Positions 9,391-20,105 are shown, counted from the first letter of the whole stretch. The stretch: DNA of 63,628 bases, filler included, from an uncultured Myxococcia bacterium (GCA_964617105.1; 27 parts of 27 records of this genome joined end to end with filler, not necessarily neighbours in it), one strand, 5' to 3'. The notes: generated by a model not told the origin, from the letters alone. Made by a program: numbers and translations.

Positions 9391-10092
9391 ATGAAACTAA
9401 GAGAAATTAAAAAAATTACCGGCAAAATAGAACTACTTACCGGATTACATATTGGTGGAGGTAATACAGAGATGCACATAGGTGGCACCGATAACCCGGT
9501 GATCAAAAATCCAATTACTCTTGAACCATATATTCCTGGATCCAGTATCAAGGGCAAAATGCGAAGTTTGCTCGAATGGCATATTGGCGTGGTGGATTTA
9601 ACTGGAGGCAAACCAATCAGTTTTGCAGATATTGGCAAGATATCTGAGCCAAAGATGAAAGAAGCGGCAATAGTAATCTTAAAACTCTTTGGTGGTGCGC
9701 CTGACAGCAAAACAGATGATAAACTGGTAGAAGAGATTGGTCCCAGTCGCCTGGCATTTTGGGATTGTAGTCTCGATCCGGATTGGGTTAAGGAGATGGG
9801 AGATCGCAATCTGCTTTTGACCGAGGTCAAAATGGAGAACAGCATTGACCGGATCAGGGGCACGGCAGAAAATCCACGTAATACCGAACGGGTACCGGCC
9901 GAAGCAAAATTTATTTTTAAATTGTCAATGCGGGTGCACGATGAGGAAGATCTATCTGAATTATTGATTACAGGTTTAAGACTGTTGGAACTAACCGGCC
10001 TGGGTGGTTCTGGTTCACGCGGCTATGGCAAGATCAAACTGGAGTTGGATGATAATAACCTTCAGCAAGCTCTTGCAGAGATATCTATATAA
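9391..10092 (+). CDS. csm3: Type III-A RAMP Csm3 (Cas7)
   Basis: TGLHIGG, IGGTDNPVIK, PYIPGSSIKGKMRSLLE, GGSGSRGYG. Confidence 0.96.
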   Translation: MKLREIKKITGKIELLTGLHIGGGNTEMHIGGTDNPVIKNPITLEPYIPGSSIKGKMRSLLEWHIGVVDLTGGKPISFADIGKISEPKMKEAAIVILKLFGGAPDSKTDDKLVEEIGPSRLAFWDCSLDPDWVKEMGDRNLLLTEVKMENSIDRIRGTAENPRNTERVPAEAKFIFKLSMRVHDEEDLSELLITGLRLLELTGLGGSGSRGYGKIKLELDDNNLQQALAEISI

Positions 10093-10231
10093 CCTTACAA
10101 TATAACCACCGCAGGGAATAAAAAAAATGAANNNNNNNNNNNNNNNNNNNNNNNNNNNNNNNNNNNNNNNNNNNNTTAATTAATTAANNNNNNNNNNNNN
10201 NNNNNNNNNNNNNNNNNNNNNNNNNNNNNNN

Positions 10232-11787
10232 TGCAACTGTTGGCTGGTAAATATAGTGTTGCCCTGGAAACCATAACTCTCCAACCAACTCTGCCGCCCC
10301 TCACGTATGGTAAAGGTCACCTCACCCCTGGTTCCATTTTGTAAAACAATTAACTTTGCCTCCCCTACCTGGGCATCCAAAAACCCGCGGCTATAGTAGA
10401 AATCCTGCAATTCATCAGAAACCTGCTGAAAGTATTTCTCTACATATATTTGCCAGGGTTTTAAAGAGAGATATTGGTAATATTTACGGCTAAATTTATC
10501 CCGGCCGCCGGCCAGGCCTAAATCTTCCAGCCCATCTTTATCCAATTGCTGCAGAATAGAGTCCTGGTAATAGAACTCCTCCAGCCGCTCCTTTGCTCTC
10601 TCCATCAAATAGCGGGAGAGCAAAATACGATTTCCCTTAAACCGGATAGATCTAAGTTTCATTTGCCGCCCCTCCTCCACCAGGAAAGTAACCCGCCGCT
10701 GCCTTCTCTTTTTATCCTGTATGAATCCAATAGAGATCTTCACCCCCCAAAAACCGTAACGCTGGTAAAACAGATGTAGTTTATCTCTAATCCTTTCCAA
10801 AGAATAACGGTCCAGCCGCTTATCTTTCAGAGCATCTTTAATAACCTTTAATAATAAAGATTTGGACATTTTGGCATTACCGCTCAGATCGATTTTATAA
10901 CGATAACCGGCATCCACAGAGATTTGCAGTTTTATCCCCTTCCCCAGGGTTATCCTCTCGCTTTTAATGGGATTTACCTTTACGGTTAGGTAGCCAGCGT
11001 AAAGATAATATTTTTCCAGGTTCTCCAGCCGCTCTTCAATGCTTTCCTTGTCAAAAATATCTCCCTCATTGACCTCCAGCCACTCCCTGAGGCGCCAGTG
11101 GGTAACCCCGATATCTCCTTTAAATACTATCTTGCCAATTTTAACAGGTTCTCCTTCCTGAATATGCAAATACAAGACAACCTGATCTTTAGAATGGGAG
11201 AAGCGGGTATTAACGGTTATCTTGGCATTTGGTAATCCTTTGCGTTGATATAGAGAGATAATTGCAGCGACTTTTTTATTGAGTTGGTCCTGAAAATACT
11301 CATCTCCGGCCTTTAGGTCCAATAACCTGGTGATTCTGGAGGTCTTTAGACTATCATTGTCGATAATATTTATTTCCTGAATAATAGTAACCGGTTGAAG
11401 ACGAAACTTTAGTTTGATCCCCCCTTTATAACCATCTTGAATATAAACCTTAACATCAGCGATTTTACCCATCCGAAAAAAGATGGATATAGCACTCTTT
11501 AGGTTGCGGTAAAAAAGGGGCTGGTTATACAAATGTTTTTTTAATAACTCGACCACCTCGGAGGGAATAGCAATGGAAGAATCTATCTCAATACCACGGA
11601 CAATGCGTCCCTGGTAAATATGACTCTTGCCCCTTTGACTCTGCTCCTGCTCTGAACCGGCCTTATCAGTCAGGGCCAGAGTTGACAAATCACTGGATGG
11701 AGCCTGACCTGCGCCCTGCCCTTTTGCTGACCGGCCGGATAAAACCAGCAGCATCAAAAATGTAAAGATGATTATGGTATTTTTCAT
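10232..11787 (-). CDS. BamA/TamA-family POTRA-repeat outer membrane protein, N-terminal part
   Basis: Signal peptide; repeated Y...G(F/Y)...V.....EG....I.F.GN POTRA units; downstream of a TamB-like gene. Confidence 0.85.
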
Positions 11788-11802
11788 ATCGCGGTATATA
11801 GT

Positions 11803-12640
11803 TTAATACTCCCACCTGAACTTCAAGTCCGCCCCCAGGCCTCCGCCTCCTGTCTTGTTGTTGATGTTTTTCCAATCTGAGTTTAGTGAGGTAAACTCAT
11901 TGATTTGATATTCCAACTGCAAACTCTGCTCTTTGGAGTCCTGTAAAGAAGAAAAATAATAAAAATCGAGCCCTGGCACCATGCTCCACTTAATCCCTAC
12001 TTGAGGAACAAAAGTTCCAGTCTCCTCTGAAAAGGTTCGATTCCAAAGAATTCGGGAGCGGGGGATAGGCAAAATCTGCTTGGAGTCGATACCCGACAGT
12101 TTAGAGAGCATCCCCAGGCTGTTTTGATCAAATAAAGAATCCTGGTTGCCGGTCTCTTCCATGTTTTTTTTAGTCATTCCCAAAGTTAACAGCATCAAAA
12201 TATCCGCTTTGGAAACCAGGCTGTCATCAGCACTGTAGTCGATAATATATTTGTCCGGATAACCGTTTATGGAGATATTTACCCGGTATTTCTTTTCGTT
12301 CAAAGCATCTTCCACTTCGGTAAAAGCCTGAATATTAAAGTAAGGATAAATTTTGTACCGCTCTTTAAACTCAAAAAAGGCGGAATCTATATGGTAATTA
12401 TGGTCCGCCAGCCTTAACTCCCCCTCCAGCACATTTATATTGCCCATTATTCCGGTCTGCAGGTTAGTTCCGGTGATAATAAAATCTCCCACCATCTCTA
12501 TATCAGCCATGTTATTGAGAATTTTAAAGTTGTCATCAGCCCGTAACTGCAAGTTTAAATTCAATATCTCTTTTTTTCGGGCAAAAACCTTCTTTTTCTG
12601 CTGCTCCTTAAGAAATCTCATTAAAAGAGATACTAGTTCC
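11803..12640 (-). CDS. TamB (DUF490) domain protein, C-terminal part
   Basis: DILMLLTLG, QLEYQINE, GLGADLKFRWEY C-terminus. Confidence 0.85.
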
Positions 12641-12740
12641 NNNNNNNNNNNNNNNNNNNNNNNNNNNNNNNNNNNNNNNNNNNNTTAATTAATTAANNNN
12701 NNNNNNNNNNNNNNNNNNNNNNNNNNNNNNNNNNNNNNNN

Positions 12741-12863
12741 GACTTTAAACTGGCTGTTGTCTCCAATGATAACGACAGAATTTTGGGAGATGTTCATGTT
12801 GAATTGGGCATCAAGCCACTGAGGGCAATGGAGATGATCTATATGACCGTCTATTTGAAGTGA
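12741..12863 (+). CDS. Contractile tail sheath protein, C-terminal fragment
   Basis: Not in the ORF track; DFKLAVVSNDNDRILGDVHVELGIKPLRAMEMIYMTVYLK* resembles sheath C-termini. Confidence 0.7.
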   Translation, partial: DFKLAVVSNDNDRILGDVHVELGIKPLRAMEMIYMTVYLK

Positions 12864-12936
12864 AGTAGGGGCTGGTCTTACGTTATGCCTGCCCGAATTT
12901 TTACTATTACATCATTATTTAAGAAGGAGAGATGCA

Positions 12937-13758
12937 ATGGAAGTTAGATCCAGAATCGATGAAAGAGAAACAGTATGTGACAACCCGGGAACCTGTGACT
13001 GCAGTCCGGAGTATGAACCTGGAAATGGAACCAGGGGCGAACCTGGAGCCAATATCGGAGAAACTATTGTCAAAGGTATCGAAAAGTCGTTCCAAAGAGT
13101 TGACCTGGCCGGAATTTTTGGCTCCTGGATTGAACTATTGGGTGTTCTGCCCCGGCATATCAGCAGTAAGTGGCATTTGCTATCGGAGAACCATTTTCGG
13201 AGGAACGAAAGATGCCTGGAGTGGGCGATCTATGCTTTGGAAAAGAGGCTGGTGCCGGCCAATTTTTTGGGCAAACACATCTGCCGCTGCTTGTCCGCTA
13301 TGCAAGGGAAGCCTTCATCAATCGCCGATTTTAGGGTGATAGAGGTTGGAGATTTTTTAGAGGAAAAGGGCCTTGGCAAAGAGCAGATCCCTCATATCTG
13401 GGGAGAGTTCGGCAAACAACTCAAGGAACTCTATGTGGAGCGCTATGGCGAAGAACCGCAAAGAACCGGCGAGTCCAACGGCTCGGTGTTTTTCTACACT
13501 ACCAGGGATTTGGATCTTTTTGAAGAGACTTTTCAGAGGCTCGATTTGGCTGATGTGCCGGTAAATTCCACATCATCCACACCTGCTGCTGCCGCATCAT
13601 CACCGACCCCAGCGTCTCCAGTGTCGCCGATGTCAACTGTGTCACCAGTATCGCAAGTGTCTCCGGTGTCCACGGTGTCCCCGGCTACTCCGGTAACTCA
13701 CGTAAATCAGGTAAGTCAGGTAAACCTGGCTGACCAGCCGGTTGAGGTTGCTGAATAA
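12937..13758 (+). CDS. Hypothetical protein with antirepressor-like region and Ser/Pro/Val low-complexity tail
   Basis: AAGGAG RBS; FGKQLKELYVERYGEEP...VFFYT..DLDLF; SPV-type triplet repeats. Confidence 0.6.
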   Translation: MEVRSRIDERETVCDNPGTCDCSPEYEPGNGTRGEPGANIGETIVKGIEKSFQRVDLAGIFGSWIELLGVLPRHISSKWHLLSENHFRRNERCLEWAIYALEKRLVPANFLGKHICRCLSAMQGKPSSIADFRVIEVGDFLEEKGLGKEQIPHIWGEFGKQLKELYVERYGEEPQRTGESNGSVFFYTTRDLDLFEETFQRLDLADVPVNSTSSTPAAAASSPTPASPVSPMSTVSPVSQVSPVSTVSPATPVTHVNQVSQVNLADQPVEVAE

Positions 13759-13849
13759 AGTAGTAATGGGTAACAGATGATGGCATGGCTAAAGGGTAAT
13801 GTCTAATTGTTGCTGTCAACTGACCGGGTTGTCCGGGAGGAGGTTCTAA

Positions 13850-14326
13850 ATGGCTCTGGAAGGTTACATATCCGGATATTCTGGCGAGGAGATATCGCTT
13901 CTGGTGGATGGAATCAAAATCATGAGCCTGCAGGACCTCTCCTGGAAAACATCGCAGAAAAAGACACCCATCCGCGGGGCCGGTTTTAGAAAAGCCCACG
14001 GGATGGGACGGGGCCCCAAGGAGTATGACCTCGACTTTGAGGTGAAGGAGTTGAACCAGGCAGTGATATCAGAACCGATCAACTCTCCCCGCAGTAACCA
14101 GATGCAACTCAAAGTTTTCAAGATTGGCGATGTGGAGTTCAAAGATCTGCTTGATATCAAAAATGCCACCATCTTGATCGTGTATCCCACCAAGAACAAC
14201 CTGCAGAAGATTATTCGGTTTTTGGGGTTTGAGTTTACCGATGTGGAGGGCGGTTTTTCTCTGGATGACGAGGCCATGACCAGGAAAATGTCGGGCGTGG
14301 CTCTGGACGCGGAGGGATTGATTTAG
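13850..14326 (+). CDS. Tail tube protein
   Basis: Size and position; GYSGEEISL..DG, IRGAG....GMGRG. Confidence 0.75.
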   Translation: MALEGYISGYSGEEISLLVDGIKIMSLQDLSWKTSQKKTPIRGAGFRKAHGMGRGPKEYDLDFEVKELNQAVISEPINSPRSNQMQLKVFKIGDVEFKDLLDIKNATILIVYPTKNNLQKIIRFLGFEFTDVEGGFSLDDEAMTRKMSGVALDAEGLI

Positions 14327-14409
14327 AGCAAATTGGTTTTGATTGAGTTGAGTAAAGGCACACTTTTTTTATCATCATAGTCAATAAATTTATAGAGTTT
14401 ATGTGAATC

Positions 14410-14745
14410 ATGAATCAAGAGGTTTTCAAAATGAAAGAGATACTGGCAAAAATCCGCAAGGACAACCCGGGCAAAGAGTTATTCCAAATAATCATACCCG
14501 GCCAAGAGGATGAACTGTTTGTTGCCCGCAGTTGTAACTGGACTGAATACAAAAATTTTATCGGCTCGGTAAAGGACGAGGCTTCTGCCAACGAACTTTT
14601 GGTGCAAAAATTTCTGGTCTATCCCCAGGTGGATTACGAGAAATTCAGCCTCGAGTGGTCGCCAGGTTTAATAGTCACCCTGGCCCAGCAGATCCAGAAG
14701 GGTCTGGGTTTTGTCGGCGATGGTGCTTCGATTAGAAATTTATAA
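14410..14745 (+). CDS. Tail assembly chaperone (gpG-like)
   Basis: Lies between tube and tape measure; ends at slippery heptamer A AAT TTA. Confidence 0.75.
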   Translation: MNQEVFKMKEILAKIRKDNPGKELFQIIIPGQEDELFVARSCNWTEYKNFIGSVKDEASANELLVQKFLVYPQVDYEKFSLEWSPGLIVTLAQQIQKGLGFVGDGASIRNL

Positions 14746-14936
14746 AAGCGGCCCGCAGGGAAATAAAACAAGACTGGTATCAGCAGATGCGGGCCGTGAT
14801 TTGTCAGAGATTTCAGGCTTACAGGTTTGAGGATGTGGACAGATTAACAATGAGCCAACTTATGGAGCATTATTCAGCGGCAATGTGGCTGTCAGAGGAA
14901 GAGGCTAAGGCAGTTAAAAGGGGTCAGAAAAGTTAA
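14736..14936 (+). CDS. -1 frameshift extension of the tail chaperone (gpGT-like)
   Basis: Open -1 frame KFIKAARREIKQDWYQQ...DVDRLTMSQLMEHYSAAMWL...GQKS* starting at the heptamer. Confidence 0.75.
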   Translation, partial: KFIKAARREIKQDWYQQMRAVICQRFQAYRFEDVDRLTMSQLMEHYSAAMWLSEEEAKAVKRGQKS

Positions 14937-14990
14937 CGCAAAAAAATAATCGAGGATAAATCTAACCAATAACGGACAGATAACGAAAAA

Positions 14991-15137
14991 ATGGCAGGCG
15001 GAATATCACATACAATCGGTGTTTTAGTCAAGGGCAACAACCTCTTGACTTCGGCACTTACCAAGGCGGAGAACTCGCTTACTTCGTTCAGAAGGACAGC
15101 TGAGAGAGTATCTGCCCGGGTAAACCGCCTGACCATG
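14991..15137 (+). CDS. Tape measure protein, N-terminal fragment
   Basis: Position after the chaperones; helical Ala/Leu/Thr-rich start. Confidence 0.65.
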
Positions 15138-15237
15138 NNNNNNNNNNNNNNNNNNNNNNNNNNNNNNNNNNNNNNNNNNNNTTAATTAATTAANNNNNNN
15201 NNNNNNNNNNNNNNNNNNNNNNNNNNNNNNNNNNNNN

Positions 15238-15738
15238 CAGTTTGGCGCTCCAGCCTTCACTTGATTCCAGGGCAATGATTGGTTTGGCATATTGCCAGCC
15301 CATGGCTATTTCGCTTAAAGTGCCACTGCCGCCATTAATAGCGATAAGGCAGTCGGCGGTCTGGGTGATAATACAGTTGCGGGCGTACCCCATGCCGGTG
15401 CAAATGGCTACATCCACAAATGAATTGGCCCGACTATTATCCGCCTGGGGTAAAATACCTATGCAGACCGGGCCCGGATTGCTTTGTAACTCGATCTCTC
15501 CCTTTTCACCCATTTTCCTGGCTTTTTTTAGCCCTTTGCAGGCCGCCTCCATCACGCCTCCCATCCCGCCGCAGACCAGAGAACAACCTTGCAGGGCAAT
15601 TAAATAGCCAATCTCCTCAGCCTGGGCGTAAACCACCTCATTCACAGAACTACCGCCAATAATGCCGATCAATTTTTGCATATACTTCTCTTTTTGAATT
15701 TTTATCCATTTGCCATAACCTGTTACCTTTTCAATCAC
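15238..15738 (-). CDS. TIGR00725 / LOG-family Rossmann-fold protein (3' truncated)
   Basis: [38 protein letters not shown]. Confidence 0.9.
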
Positions 15739-16882
15739 AGATGACTTTTTTGATTTTAGATAAAAATCCCTCTTCTTTTACATCTTCGCCGCTGATATCT
15801 GCAAAGGAGCGTAGTATCTCCTCCTGTTTGTGACTGATTTTATTGGGGATAACCACTTTTATTAGCGCCACCAGATCCCCTTTACCATAACCGTTTAAAA
15901 TTGGAGCACCTTCACCCCTCATCGTTATACGGTCGCCAGGTTGAGTACCAGAAGGTATTTTTATATCTAATTCACCGTCCAGAGTGGGCATGGTAAAATT
16001 GTAACCCAAAGTAGCCTGGACAAAGGAGATGGGGATTTCGCAATAGATATCATCGCCCCGACGGACAAAAAAATCGTGGGCCTCCACGGTTATATTGACA
16101 AACAGATCGCCTGCAGGTCCGCCATTGCTCCCTTCCTCCCCTTCACCTCTAAGTTTCATTCTGATACCATCGTCAACCCCGGCCGGGATTTTGACATTTA
16201 ATTTTCTTTCATTGATCACTTTCCCCCGTCCCTGGCAGGCGCTGCACTTATCTTTGATAACCTGACCTTCGCCTCCACAGGAGGGACAACTGGTGGAGAT
16301 TATAAACATACCGCTTCCGTGGGCTACTTGTCCCCGGCCGTTGCAGGTAGAACAGGTGATGGGACGGGTTCCTTTTTTGGCTCCACTGCCGTTACACTGT
16401 TGGCATATCTGAAAACTACGAACCGGCAAATCGGTATCGGTGCCGAATATGGCGTCTTTGAACTTCAGTTGCAGGTCGGTTTGCAGGTTTCTTCCCCGGC
16501 GGGGCCGGTTGCCGCCCTGGCCTCTGGAGGTTCTGAATCCATTGAATAAATCGTTGCCGCCAAAAATGTCCCCACCAAAAAAGTCGCTGAAAAGATCGCC
16601 AAAATTGCTAAAAATATCTTCAATGCCGCTAAAACCTGGACTGAAGCCCCTGCCGTTGATTCCAGCATGACCAAATTGGTCGTAAACCTGCCTCTTTTCC
16701 TGGTTGCTCAGTACTTCATAAGCCTCAGCAGCCTCTTTGAATTTATTTTCAGCGGTCGTATCGTTCGGGTTACGGTCCGGATGGTATTTGAGAGCCATCT
16801 TTCGGTAAGCATTCTTAATATCTTTTTCAGAGGCGGTTTTATTTACGCCCAGTACTTGGTAAAAATCTTGTTTATCAGTCAT
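15731..16882 (-). CDS. dnaJ: Chaperone DnaJ
   Basis: HPD J-domain, G/F region, four CxxCxGxG repeats. Confidence 0.97.
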   Translation of the reverse strand: MTDKQDFYQVLGVNKTASEKDIKNAYRKMALKYHPDRNPNDTTAENKFKEAAEAYEVLSNQEKRQVYDQFGHAGINGRGFSPGFSGIEDIFSNFGDLFSDFFGGDIFGGNDLFNGFRTSRGQGGNRPRRGRNLQTDLQLKFKDAIFGTDTDLPVRSFQICQQCNGSGAKKGTRPITCSTCNGRGQVAHGSGMFIISTSCPSCGGEGQVIKDKCSACQGRGKVINERKLNVKIPAGVDDGIRMKLRGEGEEGSNGGPAGDLFVNITVEAHDFFVRRGDDIYCEIPISFVQATLGYNFTMPTLDGELDIKIPSGTQPGDRITMRGEGAPILNGYGKGDLVALIKVVIPNKISHKQEEILRSFADISGEDVKEEGFLSKIKKVICD

Positions 16883-16970
16883 GTTTTTAATTAACGTTTA
16901 AGGGTTATGGAGCATGTGCGTGTGCGAGTGAAGGCCTGGAGGAACCAACGTAGAATGGCAGAGAAAGAGT

Positions 16971-17390
16971 CTACAGTCTCCAATATTTATTGGTGATAAT
17001 ACTTTCATAGTCTATACTGTCAGAGCCGAAACTTTTAATCTCCTGGTCTTCGAGAATAAAAGTGGCATGCACGCCAACTTTTCTGGAGAAGAGAAGTTGC
17101 CTTCTTTTCTCGTCAGTGCTTATCACCAAAATAGTGGCCATAGCATTATCATCTTCTGTTTTTGCTTTGAGATTGGCATGGCAAATGGGGCAGAGGAAAT
17201 CCCATATGTCCCCTTTTTGCAACTTGATCTCATCGGCAATATAATAATTATAATCGCCCGGATCAGGACTCAGCAATATCAGACATTTGGTTTCTTCTTT
17301 TTGAATACAGAAAATTATTTTCTGCGAAGGGTTCAAGGTGGCATTGCAATGTGGACAGTGGTACTTAAATTGCATTGATATCTCCTCCAA
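16971..17390 (-). CDS. Zn-finger-like hypothetical protein
   Basis: CPHC and CPICH motifs. Confidence 0.65.
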   Translation of the reverse strand: MEEISMQFKYHCPHCNATLNPSQKIIFCIQKEETKCLILLSPDPGDYNYYIADEIKLQKGDIWDFLCPICHANLKAKTEDDNAMATILVISTDEKRRQLLFSRKVGVHATFILEDQEIKSFGSDSIDYESIITNKYWRL

Positions 17391-17430
17391 TATAAAAGCA
17401 AAAAATATGTAGAATTTCCCTTAGTGACTA

Positions 17431-17621
17431 CTATTCACCGGCGGCGATCAGAATATTTTTTTCCTCTAAATCCAAATTCAAACTCAAGTTTAGTTCTGCC
17501 TGCGGAAAAACCCATTTGATATATTTGGGCATTAGCAGGGACACATGACGGCTATTTTTAAAACGGCTCAGCACCATTTCGGCTTCTGGATCGTTTTGGT
17601 TCAGGTGGTATTTGTCTATGT
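17431..17621 (-). CDS. Hypothetical protein, C-terminal fragment
   Basis: Open frame from the contig edge ending ...KNILIAAGE*. Confidence 0.45.
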
Positions 17622-17888
17622 NNNNNNNNNNNNNNNNNNNNNNNNNNNNNNNNNNNNNNNNNNNNTTAATTAATTAANNNNNNNNNNNNNNNNNNNNNNN
17701 NNNNNNNNNNNNNNNNNNNNNTCTCTGCTAAGAGTCTCTGTTTCTCTGTTTTTGGCTTACCGGGTGGTTAACAGGGTTGTTAACCGTTTTGAAAATGGGC
17801 ATTTGAGCGACCGGGCGGTTAACAAAAATAACTATTAACCATCGGAGAAGGGGTTGTTATTGTTGGGGGTTTTGCAGGTGGCGATGTT

Positions 17889-18134
17889 TTATTTAGCATG
17901 GTTGTCGGTTTCGGTTTCTTCTCTGGGAGCGATATCAGCCATGGCAACTGTTTTACCCTCTCTCGATGCTTTGAGGGCCACCCGGATGTTATTGATCTGT
18001 AAATCGGAAAGTTTGCCCAGATTGGCTACCACTCTGTGGGCCGGAACACCATCGTCACGCCGGTAACTCTCTACCAGTTGCGCATATCGGTAGGTTTTAC
18101 CATTTTGTTTTTTGGTGGAGACTCTCAGGTGCAT
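17889..18134 (-). pseudogene. IS1634-family transposase N-terminal remnant
   Basis: MHLRVSTKKQNGKTYRYAQLVESYRR..G.P.HRVVANLGKL; stops at 81 aa. Confidence 0.75.
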
Positions 18135-18261
18135 GGTTTTGAATCAATTCCCGGAATAGATTTGGCCGACACTGTCTGCCAAATTTGTGGATAGGTTAGA
18201 TAAAACTGACGATACAGTATCCAATAACCTAAAAGTGTCAGGCTCGTATTTACTGTCCGAC

Positions 18262-18582
18262 TCACCTTGTAACTTTGGCATTGGCATCTTTCAGTTTTTC
18301 CACCAGCCACAGGTTGATCAGTGTTTCTACCGAGACGCCCTGGCTTTCAGCATAATTTCTTAAGGGAAAAATCAAGTCTTTTGCCAGGGGAAAATAAGTT
18401 TTGATTGTTTTAATATCCATCTCGACATCTACATCTTCAAGGTGCTCTTCATGATCAGCCAGACTCTGACTATCCCAAAATTCGTCAAAGGCCTCCATAG
18501 ACTCAAAATTGTCAGGCAAGGTATCAGTTGCCTTTTTGTGAACCGTTTCCTTTGCCTTTTTTGCTGGTTTACTTTTTGCCAT
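18262..18582 (-). CDS. BrnA/CopG-type antitoxin
   Basis: EFWDSQSLAD...GVSVETLINLWL; overlaps the brnT-like gene. Confidence 0.85.
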   Translation of the reverse strand: MAKSKPAKKAKETVHKKATDTLPDNFESMEAFDEFWDSQSLADHEEHLEDVDVEMDIKTIKTYFPLAKDLIFPLRNYAESQGVSVETLINLWLVEKLKDANAKVTR

Positions 18583-18859
18583 AACTTTTCAACTCCTTTT
18601 TATCCATGTCCCTGGCACTAATAATAAGGGCCTGACTAGATTTTTTTAGGATGAAAAAAACTCTTAAAAACCGTCCCGCCTCTGTTTGCCCAAGGGCGGC
18701 ATAGACATCTTCACCTTTAATATTACCCTTTTTTAACTTTCTTATTTTTGGCTGATTCTGGTTATTGAAAAACTCCTCAACTTCAACAGCACTGACGTGG
18801 TGTTTGTGTTCTAACTTCTCAACAATATAGTCAAACCAAATAATCCCCTTTATTATCAA
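18569..18859 (-). CDS. BrnT-family ribonuclease toxin
   Basis: KLEHKHHVS..EVEE, ALGQTEAGR, IISARDM..KE. Confidence 0.9.
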   Translation of the reverse strand: MIIKGIIWFDYIVEKLEHKHHVSAVEVEEFFNNQNQPKIRKLKKGNIKGEDVYAALGQTEAGRFLRVFFILKKSSQALIISARDMDKKELKSYGKK

Positions 18860-20105
18860 TATACCATATCCTTCCTTGATTTTCGAATTATAAACTCAAC
18901 TCGTCTCTCCATCACGCTGGATAACCGCAGACCTGTTTCCCGAATTATAACCATTGAGAGATTATTTTCAATGCATCGGTCTGAGAAAAAAGGGAAATAT
19001 TTTTGGTAAAAACCGACTCGCTTGCCCAGCTGTTTTCTCGGTTTGATAAATCTAAAGCCAAATTGGCGGTTCATAAACATTGCCTGTGGTCCGTAAAACT
19101 CGAAAAAGCAGCCCACCTTGAAGAAAAGTAAGTGTTGATAAAATGAGCGAAGAAAGTGTTGGTATTGGGAGTATAGATTGGCAAAGGGCGGCATTTTTGT
19201 TGACCCAAGTCTCAATTTGATCTTTGTTCCAGAAAAATCAAAGAAGCAGTGGAGGAATTGGTAATTTTCAAACAGATGTTTTTTTAATTTATGAGAATTA
19301 GCGTGTTTAAAATGGCCCAAATAGGAGTTCAAAGTGTCTCTCAGTTTGTTGACTATCGACTCATCATTGATAATCATTGTCATCTGGCCAAGGGGCTTTA
19401 TCAAATCTTTTTCAAATTGGTCGAGTTTGCTCTTCAGGTTGTTCACCACCCGGTTGCGCACCAGAGTATATTGAGGCCTGGTCATATATCCAAGAAAATC
19501 AATGCCGCCTTTTACAGGCACTATTCGACATTTGTTCATATTCAGCGATAACTGCAGTCTATTTTCCAGAAATTTGTCCGCCTCAATTAAGCATTCTTGG
19601 AGTCTGCTTCGACTTTGATGCAAAATCAAGACATCATCCACATATCTCATGTAGAATCTGCATTTGAGACTATGTTTTGCAAACTGGTCGAATTCGTTCA
19701 TATAGAGATTGGCATAGAACTGGCTGGTCAAATTGCCAATGGGCAGACCGGTTTTATTTTGGCGGCCAAAGAGTGTTTTGTGGGCCGGGATGGTGTTCCA
19801 CAGGGCGGGATCATCTTTGAAAATATAGTTTTGGCAGCAGTCATGGAAAATCACCTCCCTGGTAAGCCACAACAAGAATTCATCCTTTAATTTACCAGCC
19901 ACCAGATTGTAAAGAATCTCTTTGCTGATATTCATAAAAAAACCGCTGATATCCAGGGCCAGATAGTAGGCATTGGCTCTGCGGTTTTCAGTCACCTTCA
20001 TCATAAACTTCTGCAGCCTTTTCACGGCCAGATGAGTTCCTTTATTTTTGCGGCAGGAATAGGAGTCATAGATAAATTTTGGCTCCCAGATTTTTTCGTA
20101 TTGCT
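18856..20105 (-). CDS. DGR-class reverse transcriptase with C-terminal MutS domain I-like extension (5' truncated)
   Basis: DSYSCRKNKGTH, LDISGFF, GLPIGNLTSQ, RYVDD, GIDFLGY, NSYLGH; C-terminal LLFFKVGCFFEFYGPQA. Confidence 0.88.

Noticed and set aside
7700-10131. CRISPR array near the csm genes
   Set aside because: I found no repeat-spacer pattern here or elsewhere in the window.
5635-15137. A kelch / CRISPR / BamA / phage-tail super-locus
   Set aside because: The genes lie on separate contigs ordered by length, so neighbourhood across linkers carries no information.
17722-17890. DGR template repeat downstream of the RT
   Set aside because: There are some AAC triplets and GTTAAC hairpins on the minus strand, but no similarity to the FGE gene 3' end or any other ORF in the window.
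18856-20105. RT as a group II intron maturase or retron
   Set aside because: It has GNLTSQ rather than PQG..SP, YVDD rather than YADD, no VTG retron motif, and no intron domain V/VI after the stop.
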